A DNA stretch of 64,000 nt from a virus. A program made the translations under genes and the position numbers. The notes under the pieces were generated by a model. The model was not told the DNA's origin. It saw only the letters and a program-made list of their open reading frames with translations, and ran no database searches. This document shows positions 40,862-49,728 of this stretch, in pieces (the stretch's first letter is position 1; each line of letters begins with the position of its first letter). The stretch lies in the IMG/VR virus record IMGVR_UViG_3300026097_000805, positions 1 through 64,000 of that record. The stretch is one strand, 5' to 3'.

Positions 40862-41697
40862 TAACATACAGAGCAATAGCAGTAAATGATCCAGAAGTCA
40901 AACTAACTATAGAGTCTGTTGATCTACACAATTTCATATATAGTAAGCCGGATCTAGGCGCATTTGTAGAACAATATAGATCATGGTTAGATGAACCGCT
41001 CAATGACTGGCAGGCTTTTGTCACAGACGGAGTCACAGGTGCTTATGATAACTTTGAAAGAGAATATCCCCATCTTCAAACAGTGACATTCAAAGGCGAG
41101 TATCCATATCATCGCAGTTTAGGTGCTGAATGCGTTAACCTAGAACAACTACAAAAAGGCATGAAGTTGGTCATAAGCGATCCATGGGCGGCCACAGGAT
41201 CAAGGCATGAACAGCTCGCAGATATATATCGTGTGTGTAATCAAAAACAAATACCTGTTTTCCTAGATAGGGCATTTTATGGAGCAGCTACCACTGAATT
41301 GTACATAGACGAATGTGTCACGCACATTGCCTACAGTTTCAGCAAAGCATTTTACACAGGGCGTGTAAAAACAGGCATATGCTTTACCAAACAACACACA
41401 GTATCTCCTATGCGGGTATTGAATGAATATGCTTATGTAAACAGTGTTGGGCTAGGACTTCACAAGGTGTTAATGGAAAAGTTTCACAAGTTTTACATAC
41501 ACAATACCTATCGAGATGCGCAATTGGATTATTGTAAAAAGTTGGATATTACGGCCAGTGACACTGTGTTTCTAGGATATACATTTGATGGCAAATACAA
41601 AGGCTTCAATAGAGAAGGCACAGCCAACAGAATATGTTTCAGTAATATATTCAACACAGATATAGATATAACAGCAGTGCCTTGGGAAACAAAATGA
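40858..41697 (+). CDS. PLP-dependent (fold type I) aminotransferase-like protein
   Basis: VFLDRAFY (PLP Asp); YSFSKAF (Schiff-base Lys). Confidence 0.65.
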   Translation: MITYRAIAVNDPEVKLTIESVDLHNFIYSKPDLGAFVEQYRSWLDEPLNDWQAFVTDGVTGAYDNFEREYPHLQTVTFKGEYPYHRSLGAECVNLEQLQKGMKLVISDPWAATGSRHEQLADIYRVCNQKQIPVFLDRAFYGAATTELYIDECVTHIAYSFSKAFYTGRVKTGICFTKQHTVSPMRVLNEYAYVNSVGLGLHKVLMEKFHKFYIHNTYRDAQLDYCKKLDITASDTVFLGYTFDGKYKGFNREGTANRICFSNIFNTDIDITAVPWETK

Positions 41698-42125
41698 TAG
41701 TCAGACAGATTGAGTTCGAAACACTTAAAAATTATTGGATCGAAGTAGATCATTTTAAAGATCCTAACAAGCGCATTGTGGAAGTTATAAGGCGTCTAGG
41801 ACCGCATACAACGACCTACAGCGACCCTCGACGCATAGCCTATGGGCTTTATGACGATCACAAACTCATAGGTGCTACACAGCTAGTACAGTGGAGTGCT
41901 ACACATATACGATATAGAACATTAAATATTAGAAAAGAATATAGAGGACAAGGACTAGGTTGGAAACTTTTACAATCAGCATATGAACAGGATTGGCTAG
42001 GCAAAGGAAATTTGTTTGGATGGATAAGAGACACACATTATGATTGGGCTCTAGCACATGGATTTACAGATTTAGATGCGGAGTGGACAGAAGATCATAT
42101 TGCTATGGAAAGGAAGATGACGTGA
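41682..42125 (+). CDS. GNAT family N-acetyltransferase
   Basis: LNIRKEYRGQGLGWKLL acetyl-CoA motif A. Confidence 0.8.
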   Translation: MGNKMIVRQIEFETLKNYWIEVDHFKDPNKRIVEVIRRLGPHTTTYSDPRRIAYGLYDDHKLIGATQLVQWSATHIRYRTLNIRKEYRGQGLGWKLLQSAYEQDWLGKGNLFGWIRDTHYDWALAHGFTDLDAEWTEDHIAMERKMT

Positions 42126-42685
42126 ATGTAGAACCTTTAGAATATAATTTTGACATACAACAATTAAAAGATGAATGTGAAAATTTAATCAGCACTGTTG
42201 GATTACACAAACATCATAATCAAATCAGTCTCAAACACACCGCTGATGAACTATTAGATAATCCATGGTACCAAGGCTGCGGCAGTTTAAAATATAAATT
42301 TGGCGAGGACTTTATAGACCAAAATGGTAATCTCAAAGAATCTGAAGCCAAACTAGAACAGAGTGATTTTACTAGATTAAATAAAGTACTCACAGGTACA
42401 TATCTAGAAGAAGTACATGATACGGTTGCTCAAGAATACAAGTTTGGACGAATGAGACTAATGGCAATGCCGCATAAAAAATGCATGAGCATACACACTG
42501 ATACAAGCAAGCGTATACATATACCTATAATAACCAATGAAAACTGTCTAATGATAATAGACAATAAAGTGTATCATATGCCTGCCAACGGCAATGCTTA
42601 TTTAACAGATACAACAAAGCCGCACACTGCTCTTAATGCTAATCACAGTTTTATGCGGCTTCATTTATTATTTGATTTATTTTAG
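42122..42685 (+). CDS. aspartyl/asparaginyl beta-hydroxylase-like 2OG-Fe(II) oxygenase
   Basis: MSIHTD..KRIHIPIITN; HTALNA...RLHLLF; probable GTG start 42122. Confidence 0.7.
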   Translation: MNVEPLEYNFDIQQLKDECENLISTVGLHKHHNQISLKHTADELLDNPWYQGCGSLKYKFGEDFIDQNGNLKESEAKLEQSDFTRLNKVLTGTYLEEVHDTVAQEYKFGRMRLMAMPHKKCMSIHTDTSKRIHIPIITNENCLMIIDNKVYHMPANGNAYLTDTTKPHTALNANHSFMRLHLLFDLF

Positions 42686-44163
42686 CTAACAGCATAAGCA
42701 GGCACTACATAATCTGTACCGTCTACATTAATTTTAAAATATGTTGAAGGAGTAGCAGGAAGTGCATTTGCTCCTCCAGCTGCACCAACAGTAGATTGTG
42801 TAGGTACATTTAGCTGGACAGTGCCGGTGCCGCTAGTACGTAATTCTAAATTCGCATTTGAAGATGTTGTAGAAATATAGTTATCATCTATAAGTATTTC
42901 TTCTGCTTGGATAGACCCGGTAAATATTGCATTTCCTCGAACATCTAGTTTAGCAGTTGGGGTATATGTACCGAATCCAAAATTACCTTCTTTGAGTGTA
43001 AAGTATTTTGATTCGTCACTGATAAGTGCAGTTTGAGTATCATGAGCCATACGCATATCTGCTGAACGACCACGAATTGTACAATCTGACCTATCTGTTG
43101 TTGAATCTTCGTATCCAAAATTAATTGACCCATAGTAGCCGCTATAAGATGAAAGGTCTCCTGTTAGATCGACTGTGTTGATATTGACCCTAGATCTTGT
43201 TTGTTTACTTTCGATTCTAAGGTCTAAAATATCTCCGTTATCGGGGCGTGTAATTGTGACTCTAGCTGTATCTGAATTTTTTGGAAGTATTTCAAGTATA
43301 TTAAGACTACTATTTGCGGTATCTAATAATAGCGCATCATCCTGGTGATATATAAATCCATTAACATTTCCTCTATATTCTCCTGTTGGAAAATCAAATA
43401 CTTTTACACCACTTTGATCAAATATATTAGCATGTAAAGGGGCATTTAATTTATTATCAACACCGTCTACTAATAACGTGCTGTCGTCACCAAAAACACT
43501 ACCTACTAGTTCTCCCACTACATTACCAGTTAAAGTACCGTTTAACGTATTACTCACTGCGTCAACAAGTAGTGTGCTGTCGTCACCAAACACAGATCCA
43601 AGTACATCGCCTGTATGAATCCCAGATGTGTTTCCTACGACATTTCCTGTAAATGTTCCTGTAAGAGATTCTGCTCTTAAATTACCAGTGCTAGAATCAA
43701 AAACAACAGTGCTATCGTCACCTATTAAATTTGCATTTATAGAAAGTGCATTTATTTGACCGTCGGCTACTATACTGTGAGCATATACATTGCCCCATCT
43801 TCTAGATAGACTTCCTAAGTCGAACGCAGAATCATTAGTAGGTGTAAGATTGGACCCAATTTGACCGCTTACAATAATATTATCTTCTACACCGTCGCCT
43901 AAATTGATATTACCTGTTGCTGTTATAGTTCCATCGATATTAATATTACCAGTGCCTGTAATATTATTGCCATTTAGATCTAAGTTGCCGCCTAGTTGCG
44001 GTGATGTATCGTCGACAAGGTCGCCACTAATTAATGTACCACCTGCTGTAGTACCATCGCCGATATAAACTTCTTTAGTATCGGTAACATATAATAATTC
44101 GCCTTCTATAGGCGTTATACTTGATCTATCTGCTTCTAAACCACGTCTAATTTGTAGGGCCAT
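42682..44163 (-). CDS. virion structural protein, tail-fibre/receptor-binding-like
   Basis: MALQIRRG...GELLYVTDTKEVYIGDG N-terminus typical of fibre proteins; QLGGNLDLNG; Gly-rich beta repeats; FGIGT-like FGFGTYTPTAKLDVRG; CATAAATA box upstream at 44196-44203. Confidence 0.7.
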   Translation of the reverse strand: MALQIRRGLEADRSSITPIEGELLYVTDTKEVYIGDGTTAGGTLISGDLVDDTSPQLGGNLDLNGNNITGTGNINIDGTITATGNINLGDGVEDNIIVSGQIGSNLTPTNDSAFDLGSLSRRWGNVYAHSIVADGQINALSINANLIGDDSTVVFDSSTGNLRAESLTGTFTGNVVGNTSGIHTGDVLGSVFGDDSTLLVDAVSNTLNGTLTGNVVGELVGSVFGDDSTLLVDGVDNKLNAPLHANIFDQSGVKVFDFPTGEYRGNVNGFIYHQDDALLLDTANSSLNILEILPKNSDTARVTITRPDNGDILDLRIESKQTRSRVNINTVDLTGDLSSYSGYYGSINFGYEDSTTDRSDCTIRGRSADMRMAHDTQTALISDESKYFTLKEGNFGFGTYTPTAKLDVRGNAIFTGSIQAEEILIDDNYISTTSSNANLELRTSGTGTVQLNVPTQSTVGAAGGANALPATPSTYFKINVDGTDYVVPAYAVS

Positions 44164-44218
44164 TTATGAACTCCTGGTAAAATATTCTACAACAGTATTT
44201 ATGCCTTTTGCTACAAAA

Positions 44219-44530
44219 TCATTTGCGTTTTTTCATAAAGATATGCGTTCTGCTTTTGATATCTTGCTTTACCTTTTCAGTGTCCAATCGAAAATCTATA
44301 TTTACAATTACATCTTCATAAACTTCCAACAAGTCCTCTATAGCAGATTCTATATCTACTTCAGGTTTTTCTCTAGAAGATTTTACATCTACATCCCAAA
44401 CCTTGCCATCTTCAAATTCTATACGAACAGAATCTAAATACTCAATAGGTATAACATCAATATTAATTTCATCGAATACCTCCGGCCAGTGATCTATTAC
44501 ATCTGGTGGCAGTTTTTTATTTTTAGGCAC
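44219..44530 (-). CDS. hypothetical phage protein
   Basis: 103-aa ORF in the operon. Confidence 0.6.
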   Translation of the reverse strand: MPKNKKLPPDVIDHWPEVFDEINIDVIPIEYLDSVRIEFEDGKVWDVDVKSSREKPEVDIESAIEDLLEVYEDVIVNIDFRLDTEKVKQDIKSRTHIFMKKRK

Positions 44531-45143
44531 TCTCTGTTTTCTTTGTTGTTTTTTTCTTGGTCGGGCTAAGAGTTTCGGCTTCTTCTCTTAGTCTTTTTGC
44601 TTCCTTAAACATAGCATCTGCTTGTGAACGATATTGAGCCGCAAGTGCTTCGTCGGTAATAACTCCATCGGCACTAGCTTCGGTAGGTGATTTAGTGTAG
44701 TCAGCAACCGGATCGGCTGTAGGTTCTTCTACAGGCGCTTTTACTGTTTGTCCATCTGGACCTTTGATTGCTAACTCGTCAACAGTAAGACCTCGCTGTT
44801 CTGCAATTAAGTTATTCAACTCAGATAACATAACCTTTGTTTTGTTGTCAGGAGTCATCTCAATTGTATTAGTTGGAAACTTTCTAAGCTTGCCTGTTGT
44901 ATGGAATCCTGCTAGCATATTTCTACCATCAGGAAGTGTAGCTCTTGCCATTGCTTCACCAAACTCATATGCTTCTTGACCTGCCGCTGATTCTACAGCT
45001 TTAATCAAAGCATCGTGTTCTCCTGCATCTAGATTTTCTGTTTGTACAACTAAGCAGTGCTCTGGCTCACCAGGTACTACTCTATATGCTACAATTACTT
45101 TTCTTTGATTAGCCGCAATGCGGCCTACATGTTTTAGTGCCAT
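44523..45143 (-). CDS. hypothetical phage protein
   Basis: 206-aa ORF with AGGAG RBS and basic C-terminal tail. Confidence 0.65.
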   Translation of the reverse strand: MALKHVGRIAANQRKVIVAYRVVPGEPEHCLVVQTENLDAGEHDALIKAVESAAGQEAYEFGEAMARATLPDGRNMLAGFHTTGKLRKFPTNTIEMTPDNKTKVMLSELNNLIAEQRGLTVDELAIKGPDGQTVKAPVEEPTADPVADYTKSPTEASADGVITDEALAAQYRSQADAMFKEAKRLREEAETLSPTKKKTTKKTESA

Positions 45144-45146
45144 TTT

Positions 45147-45383
45147 TTATTCTCCTTGTGCTTGTCCTTGTTGAGATGCAACAGCGTTTAGGAATAGTTC
45201 TAGCTTGTTATAAGTTGTTCCTATCACAGCCATTTCGTTTGGCTTAAACGCACCTCTGCTACTTGCAACATCAATAATTTGCTTAATAGCACTAAGATCT
45301 GTCACAGTAAGTTCAGGTGCTTGCTCGGTTTGAGATGCAGACTGTTCAACTGATTGTGTCTCAACTGCTTGTTCTTCACTCAT
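45147..45383 (-). CDS. hypothetical viral protein
   Basis: 78-aa ORF with AGGAG RBS; IIDVASSRGAFK motif. Confidence 0.6.
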   Translation of the reverse strand: MSEEQAVETQSVEQSASQTEQAPELTVTDLSAIKQIIDVASSRGAFKPNEMAVIGTTYNKLELFLNAVASQQGQAQGE

Positions 45384-45415
45384 TTATTATACTCCTTTTT
45401 AAGTGTCATGTGTAT

Positions 45416-45700
45416 TTAATTGTATTTTAAGTGTGGACATGCCAAAGTGAAATAAGAACATTCTTTTGGCTCTTCAAATCCAACCTTCATTACTGTATCT
45501 ATATTACCGTCATTTGACAAGTGTACAGCTTTGCCTAAATAATACCTACCCTTTAAATTCTCAGTAATCCATTTAACTAGGCTTTGCTCTAAATTATATG
45601 TAATAGGTATGTGAATATATTCAAAATGAGAGCAAGGCACCTCTTGGCGCCTTATCTCAAAAAAGTTTAAAGGGTTTGGGTCTTTATGTCTCTGCATCAC
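45416..45700 (-). CDS. hypothetical phage protein
   Basis: 94-aa ORF coupled to the VWA gene stop. Confidence 0.55.
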   Translation of the reverse strand: MMQRHKDPNPLNFFEIRRQEVPCSHFEYIHIPITYNLEQSLVKWITENLKGRYYLGKAVHLSNDGNIDTVMKVGFEEPKECSYFTLACPHLKYN

Positions 45701-47022
45701 GCCTCGTCATAGTGTGCTGTCTGTCCAAATGGTGCCTGCAAGTTCTTATCATGGTGACTGTGAATAACAAATACTGTATCGCAGTAGTCATCTTCTCCCC
45801 AGCTATCCCAAGCATACCCGTCTGTAAACATAAGGAACTTCTTAGGCTGGATGTCGTTCTCACGCATATACTTCCAGTTCGCCATAAAGTCAGTGCCACC
45901 ACCGCCTTTGATTTCATATTCCATCAAGTCGCGTCCGTCGTCAGCACTAAAGTCATCTTCACCATATACTTCTGTGTCAAAGCACCAAATCTTAATCTTG
46001 TAGTCTTTGTACTCGTCCATAATGCCTTTTACTTCTCCCAAGAAGTCTTCGGCTTGTGCATTACCAATACTGCCACTCATGTCAAGTGCAATGCAAATAT
46101 CAATAGTTTCGTCAAAATTCATACCAGGCAGTACTGCACCGCTCATCTGACCCTTTCGACTAGGGCGACTAAACGTATAGTCGCTTTTGATAGTACTCTG
46201 GATTTGTTGACGCAACAGTTCACGCCAGTTCATTTTAGGCTCAGTAAGCTCTTTGATCATACGCTGAACGCCTGCAGGAACATTGCCTGCGCCAGCGGCT
46301 TGTGCGGCATTAATTGTAGCTTCTTTGATCTCGTCTTTGATCTTTTTCAATTCTTCTTTAGAATATTTAGCAGGCTTTTTGCTGACATTATTGCCGTTGC
46401 TGTCTTGGCCTTCTTCACCATCTTCGCCTTCACCATCATCGCCTTCGTTGTCGAGGTGCTCGTCCAGCATTTCGCCTTCTTTATCTAGTTCTTTTAACAA
46501 GTCGGCAAGTTCTTTTCCTTGCTCTTCGACCTGCTTAAATAGTTCGTCGTACACTTCCTCTGAAGTCCATCCTTCGTATTTAAAATCTTGGAAACAGTCT
46601 ACAATCTTAGGTGTTTCTCCAATACGATCGCGTACAAGTGTGTTGTTTACAATATAGTCCGCCGCAATATTGTACAGCATGGGACTCCGGTCATCTCTAC
46701 GTCCTAAGTGATCAAACACCATATGCAGAATTTCGTGAGCAACAACAAATTCAATTTCTTTGTTAGACATTGCATTAAAGAACTGTGTGTTATAATACAA
46801 ATTGCGTCCGTCTACAGCGGCAGTAGGCAACCAATCGTCTGCTGCCAAAATACGTAAGCGTGTGGCCATATTACCGAAGAAGGGATGACGCAATAGTAAG
46901 CCTACTCGTGCAACAATAATACGATCGAGTACTTCTACACGCATTTCTTCTAGCTGTTCTTCTGTAATGTTAGGATCAGGTTGCCAGTTTTTAAGTTTAC
47001 TTGCGGTATCTTTAGCTGCCAT
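45697..47022 (-). CDS. VWA-domain protein with N-terminal HExxH metallopeptidase-like domain (DUF2201-like)
   Basis: VAHEILH; acidic linker; MIDAS motif ALDMSGS; GGGGTDF. Confidence 0.85.
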   Translation of the reverse strand: MAAKDTASKLKNWQPDPNITEEQLEEMRVEVLDRIIVARVGLLLRHPFFGNMATRLRILAADDWLPTAAVDGRNLYYNTQFFNAMSNKEIEFVVAHEILHMVFDHLGRRDDRSPMLYNIAADYIVNNTLVRDRIGETPKIVDCFQDFKYEGWTSEEVYDELFKQVEEQGKELADLLKELDKEGEMLDEHLDNEGDDGEGEDGEEGQDSNGNNVSKKPAKYSKEELKKIKDEIKEATINAAQAAGAGNVPAGVQRMIKELTEPKMNWRELLRQQIQSTIKSDYTFSRPSRKGQMSGAVLPGMNFDETIDICIALDMSGSIGNAQAEDFLGEVKGIMDEYKDYKIKIWCFDTEVYGEDDFSADDGRDLMEYEIKGGGGTDFMANWKYMRENDIQPKKFLMFTDGYAWDSWGEDDYCDTVFVIHSHHDKNLQAPFGQTAHYDEA

Positions 47023-47054
47023 GTTGCACCTTTATTGCTAGTTTCTATAGTATA

Positions 47055-47083
47055 ACTATAACATTATTTACAGGGTTTGTCAA
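47055..47083 (-). promoter_or_regulatory. sigma70-type promoter TTGACA-N17-TATAGT
   Basis: read directly upstream of the VWA gene. Confidence 0.7.
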
Positions 47084-47094
47084 CCGAGAAAAGA

Positions 47095-47122
47095 AAAAGT
47101 GGGCCCATAAGAGCCCACTTTT
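47095..47122. terminator. intrinsic terminator hairpin
   Basis: AAAAGTGGGC-loop-GCCCACTTTT just after the ATPase stop; T-tract on the minus strand. Confidence 0.75.
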
Positions 47123-47128
47123 GGAACA

Positions 47129-48208
47129 TTATGCAGACTGTGCTGCCTTAATGTATTTGCCATAACGCTCGTGGAACTCGTCAAAACACTCCACTTCGTC
47201 TGGATCAATGGGCAATTGATACTGGGTAAGTGCAAGTTTAATGCCCATAACTACTAGTTCAGTATCAAAATTGTCCATTGCAAAGCGCAAGAAGTTATTA
47301 ACTTTATCGTCGAACTTCTTGTCGCCGTTATCGCAGGCTTCTTTAAGTTCGTAGCAGAGTGAGACAGTTAAGGAATACATAGCACTGATTTCTTTTGCCT
47401 TCATCTCTTTTACTTTGCCTGCAAGAATATCAGTTGGATTAGGCATACTCGCCGCTACTTTACGGTGAGCCATAAACTTCACAGCCAAACCCTCGCCAAC
47501 CGAACCGGACACAAGATCAGTAGTAGTATTTTCGTCTAGCTCGTCCTCGACTAATTCGCTTACAAAAGACCAGGAACGAGGTGTTGCAAACGAACGACTT
47601 GGGCTCTTAGGATCAAAATCGTACAAATCCTTCTTACTAAAAGTAAGGAACCCTACTACATCTTTGTGAATATTATTATTAACTGCCCACTGGAACCAGT
47701 CGTCAAAGTCAACACGCATTTCCAAGTGTACAAAGCGGTTAGCCAACGGAGCAGGCATACGATATGTGACTCCTTTGTCAGCTTCGCGATTACCTGCCGC
47801 AACAATATAAACATTGTCTGGCAAGTGATACTGTCCTACCTTGCGGTTAAGAATCAACTGATATGCTGCCGCTTGTACAGCAGGTGCCGCTGAGTTCATT
47901 TCGTCAAGGAAAAGCACAATAGCTTCATGTTGTGTTGCCATTTCTGTGTCGGGCAGTTCTGCAGGAGCACCCCATACCATTTTGTTAGCATTACTATCAA
48001 AGTAAGGAATGCCTTTAATGTCAGTAGGCTCCCAAAGTGACAAGCGAATGTCGATAACATGTGCATTAATAGTGTCGGCAATCTGATGAACAATGTCAGA
48101 TTTACCAATACCCGGAGGTCCCCAAAGAAAGATAGGACGTTTTTTAGCAATAGCGTGTTTAATAGAAGCCTTTGCGGCATTTGGGCTTACAGTACGTGCA
48201 GTATCCAT
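47129..48208 (-). CDS. MoxR-like AAA+ ATPase
   Basis: Walker A GPPGIGKS; Walker B LFLDEMN; AAGNR; PLANRF. Confidence 0.9.
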   Translation of the reverse strand: MDTARTVSPNAAKASIKHAIAKKRPIFLWGPPGIGKSDIVHQIADTINAHVIDIRLSLWEPTDIKGIPYFDSNANKMVWGAPAELPDTEMATQHEAIVLFLDEMNSAAPAVQAAAYQLILNRKVGQYHLPDNVYIVAAGNREADKGVTYRMPAPLANRFVHLEMRVDFDDWFQWAVNNNIHKDVVGFLTFSKKDLYDFDPKSPSRSFATPRSWSFVSELVEDELDENTTTDLVSGSVGEGLAVKFMAHRKVAASMPNPTDILAGKVKEMKAKEISAMYSLTVSLCYELKEACDNGDKKFDDKVNNFLRFAMDNFDTELVVMGIKLALTQYQLPIDPDEVECFDEFHERYGKYIKAAQSA

Positions 48209-48256
48209 AGTATATTCCTCTTAGTTGGATCAGTGCTTATTTCTAACTATGTATTT

Positions 48257-48285
48257 AATATAGCAAATGATTGCTACTCTGTCAA
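48257..48285 (-). promoter_or_regulatory. sigma70-type promoter TTGACA-N17-TATATT
   Basis: read directly upstream of the ATPase. Confidence 0.7.
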
Positions 48286-48680
48286 CCGTTATCTGAATCT
48301 TTCTTGTGCCGATTCATTGCTTTTAACAAGCCGTATTTACGTATGTCACCAGAAAAAAGATGCAATTCCATAGCTTTCTTTTCGTCTGTGACTGTGATAC
48401 CGTTGCGTCCCATAAAGTAAGGACAATCGATAAATTTATCTAAGAAGATTATTACTTGAGTAGTTATGTCAAAGTTTGCAGGATACGGAATATCATAAGT
48501 AGCAAGGTTTAATTCTTCTGATACAAAACGAAACCCCTCCTCAGTGAGTCGCAAGCCTCCACTGTCTTTTAATCTTATGTTTTGCCACCATACCGGCATA
48601 TGTTCTTTTATAGTAGCTTCTGTGACAGCTTTATTTGCCTGTTTCAGAAATATCTTAGTATATACTTCTTTCCAGTTCAT
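48282..48680 (-). CDS. hypothetical phage protein
   Basis: 132-aa ORF coupled to the upstream gene. Confidence 0.6.
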   Translation of the reverse strand: MNWKEVYTKIFLKQANKAVTEATIKEHMPVWWQNIRLKDSGGLRLTEEGFRFVSEELNLATYDIPYPANFDITTQVIIFLDKFIDCPYFMGRNGITVTDEKKAMELHLFSGDIRKYGLLKAMNRHKKDSDNG

Positions 48681-48967
48681 TCTTCTTCAACTATTTCGCC
48701 TGCGGTAAGTTTTACTACCACAAAATCTTCGCATTTGAACATGTCGTTCAATTTTTTTGCTAGATTATGAGCGTGACCTGGATTTGAAAATGAAACTTTT
48801 TTATATTTAGGTCCTGGATAATTAGTAAGTACATTTGCAGACTTTAAATTGAAAGGTTTGTTTTTAAAAAATACAGCCCAGATAGCTTCTGCTTCTAAGA
48901 TTTGTTCAGTTTTATATGTTTTTTTATCTACGTATTCTACGAGTACCGTAGGTTTAGGCCTGCTCAT
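48677..48967 (-). CDS. hypothetical phage protein
   Basis: 96-aa ORF; YKKVSFSNPGHAHNLA; AGGA RBS. Confidence 0.65.
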   Translation of the reverse strand: MSRPKPTVLVEYVDKKTYKTEQILEAEAIWAVFFKNKPFNLKSANVLTNYPGPKYKKVSFSNPGHAHNLAKKLNDMFKCEDFVVVKLTAGEIVEEE

Positions 48968-49006
48968 ATGCGTAATTCCTTTAAATTAACTACGCATATA
49001 TTTATC
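48966..49006 (-). promoter_or_regulatory. late-promoter-like box GATAAATA plus RBS/start-sequestering hairpin
   Basis: perfect 9-bp inverted repeat ATATGCGTA (48966-48974)/TACGCATAT (48991-48999), extendable to 12 bp with one G-U pair. Confidence 0.6.
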
Positions 49007-49034
49007 TCTTTTGTTTAATTATCTACGCACATTA

Positions 49035-49277
49035 TTACCAACCACTACCTGAATCCATATTAATTTGAATAATTTGGTCTTCATTAGAGCCTTGCTTTGC
49101 TAATATTTTTTCTAGATCTCCATTTAATCTGCTCATTACTTCTCCTAGTGTAAAAGCAAGGCGTTTAGCATTTTGTATATCTAGTTTCAATTCTCTAGAA
49201 TTACTCAAATCAGCACTTTTTACCTGTGCGATGAACTGTTGAATTGGTGCTGTATTCAAAGGTTCATTTGTTGACAC
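49035..49277 (-). CDS. hypothetical phage protein
   Basis: 80-aa ORF in the operon. Confidence 0.6.
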   Translation of the reverse strand: MSTNEPLNTAPIQQFIAQVKSADLSNSRELKLDIQNAKRLAFTLGEVMSRLNGDLEKILAKQGSNEDQIIQINMDSGSGW

Positions 49278-49728
49278 GACTTAACTCCTGACGCATTTCG
49301 ATATCAGTTTTGAACGGTCCGCGTGTTTCATATCGCTCTACCGTAATTAACTTAGGGCAAAAACTTTTAACCCAACCTTTATCAAAGTGTATGATATAAT
49401 ACCCTGCACAATATAAGCTTTTAGACTTTTCGCTTTTTGTAAAAAGCGGCAGTTTACGCTTTACATCGTACATATTATTATATGGCTCACAGCTCGTAGG
49501 AAATCCGTGAACTTCCTTGGGTAGTGTTTCTGTTATATTTAATTGTGTCCATTTAATACTGCTTTTAAAAGATTTTTGCAATTGTTTTGTGTTCTGAAAA
49601 AACTTAGTCCCTTGAACATCACTAAGCATATATTGATCTTCTGAAATACTTAATGTACCTATGCGCACACCGTTATCTTCTACGATCCAAAATTTATCTT
49701 TTACGATTTCTTTTGCATTAATTGTCAT
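49264..49728 (-). CDS. hypothetical phage protein
   Basis: likely start MTINAK at 49728 with GAGG RBS. Confidence 0.6.
   Translation of the reverse strand: MTINAKEIVKDKFWIVEDNGVRIGTLSISEDQYMLSDVQGTKFFQNTKQLQKSFKSSIKWTQLNITETLPKEVHGFPTSCEPYNNMYDVKRKLPLFTKSEKSKSLYCAGYYIIHFDKGWVKSFCPKLITVERYETRGPFKTDIEMRQELSRVNK

Noticed and set aside
3456-42685. RiPP precursor peptide for the SPASM enzymes
   Set aside because: Genes are nearly gapless, and no short Cys/Ser/aromatic-rich or repeated precursor ORF or RRE/PqqD protein was seen; the only mini-ORF (17170) is a recombination scar.
45676-46488. 270-aa + strand ORF and other long antisense ORFs (e.g. 34165..34659, 51096..51587, 57029..57400)
   Set aside because: They lie within motif-supported genes on the opposite strand or in another frame, and have no motifs or RBS; treated as shadow ORFs.
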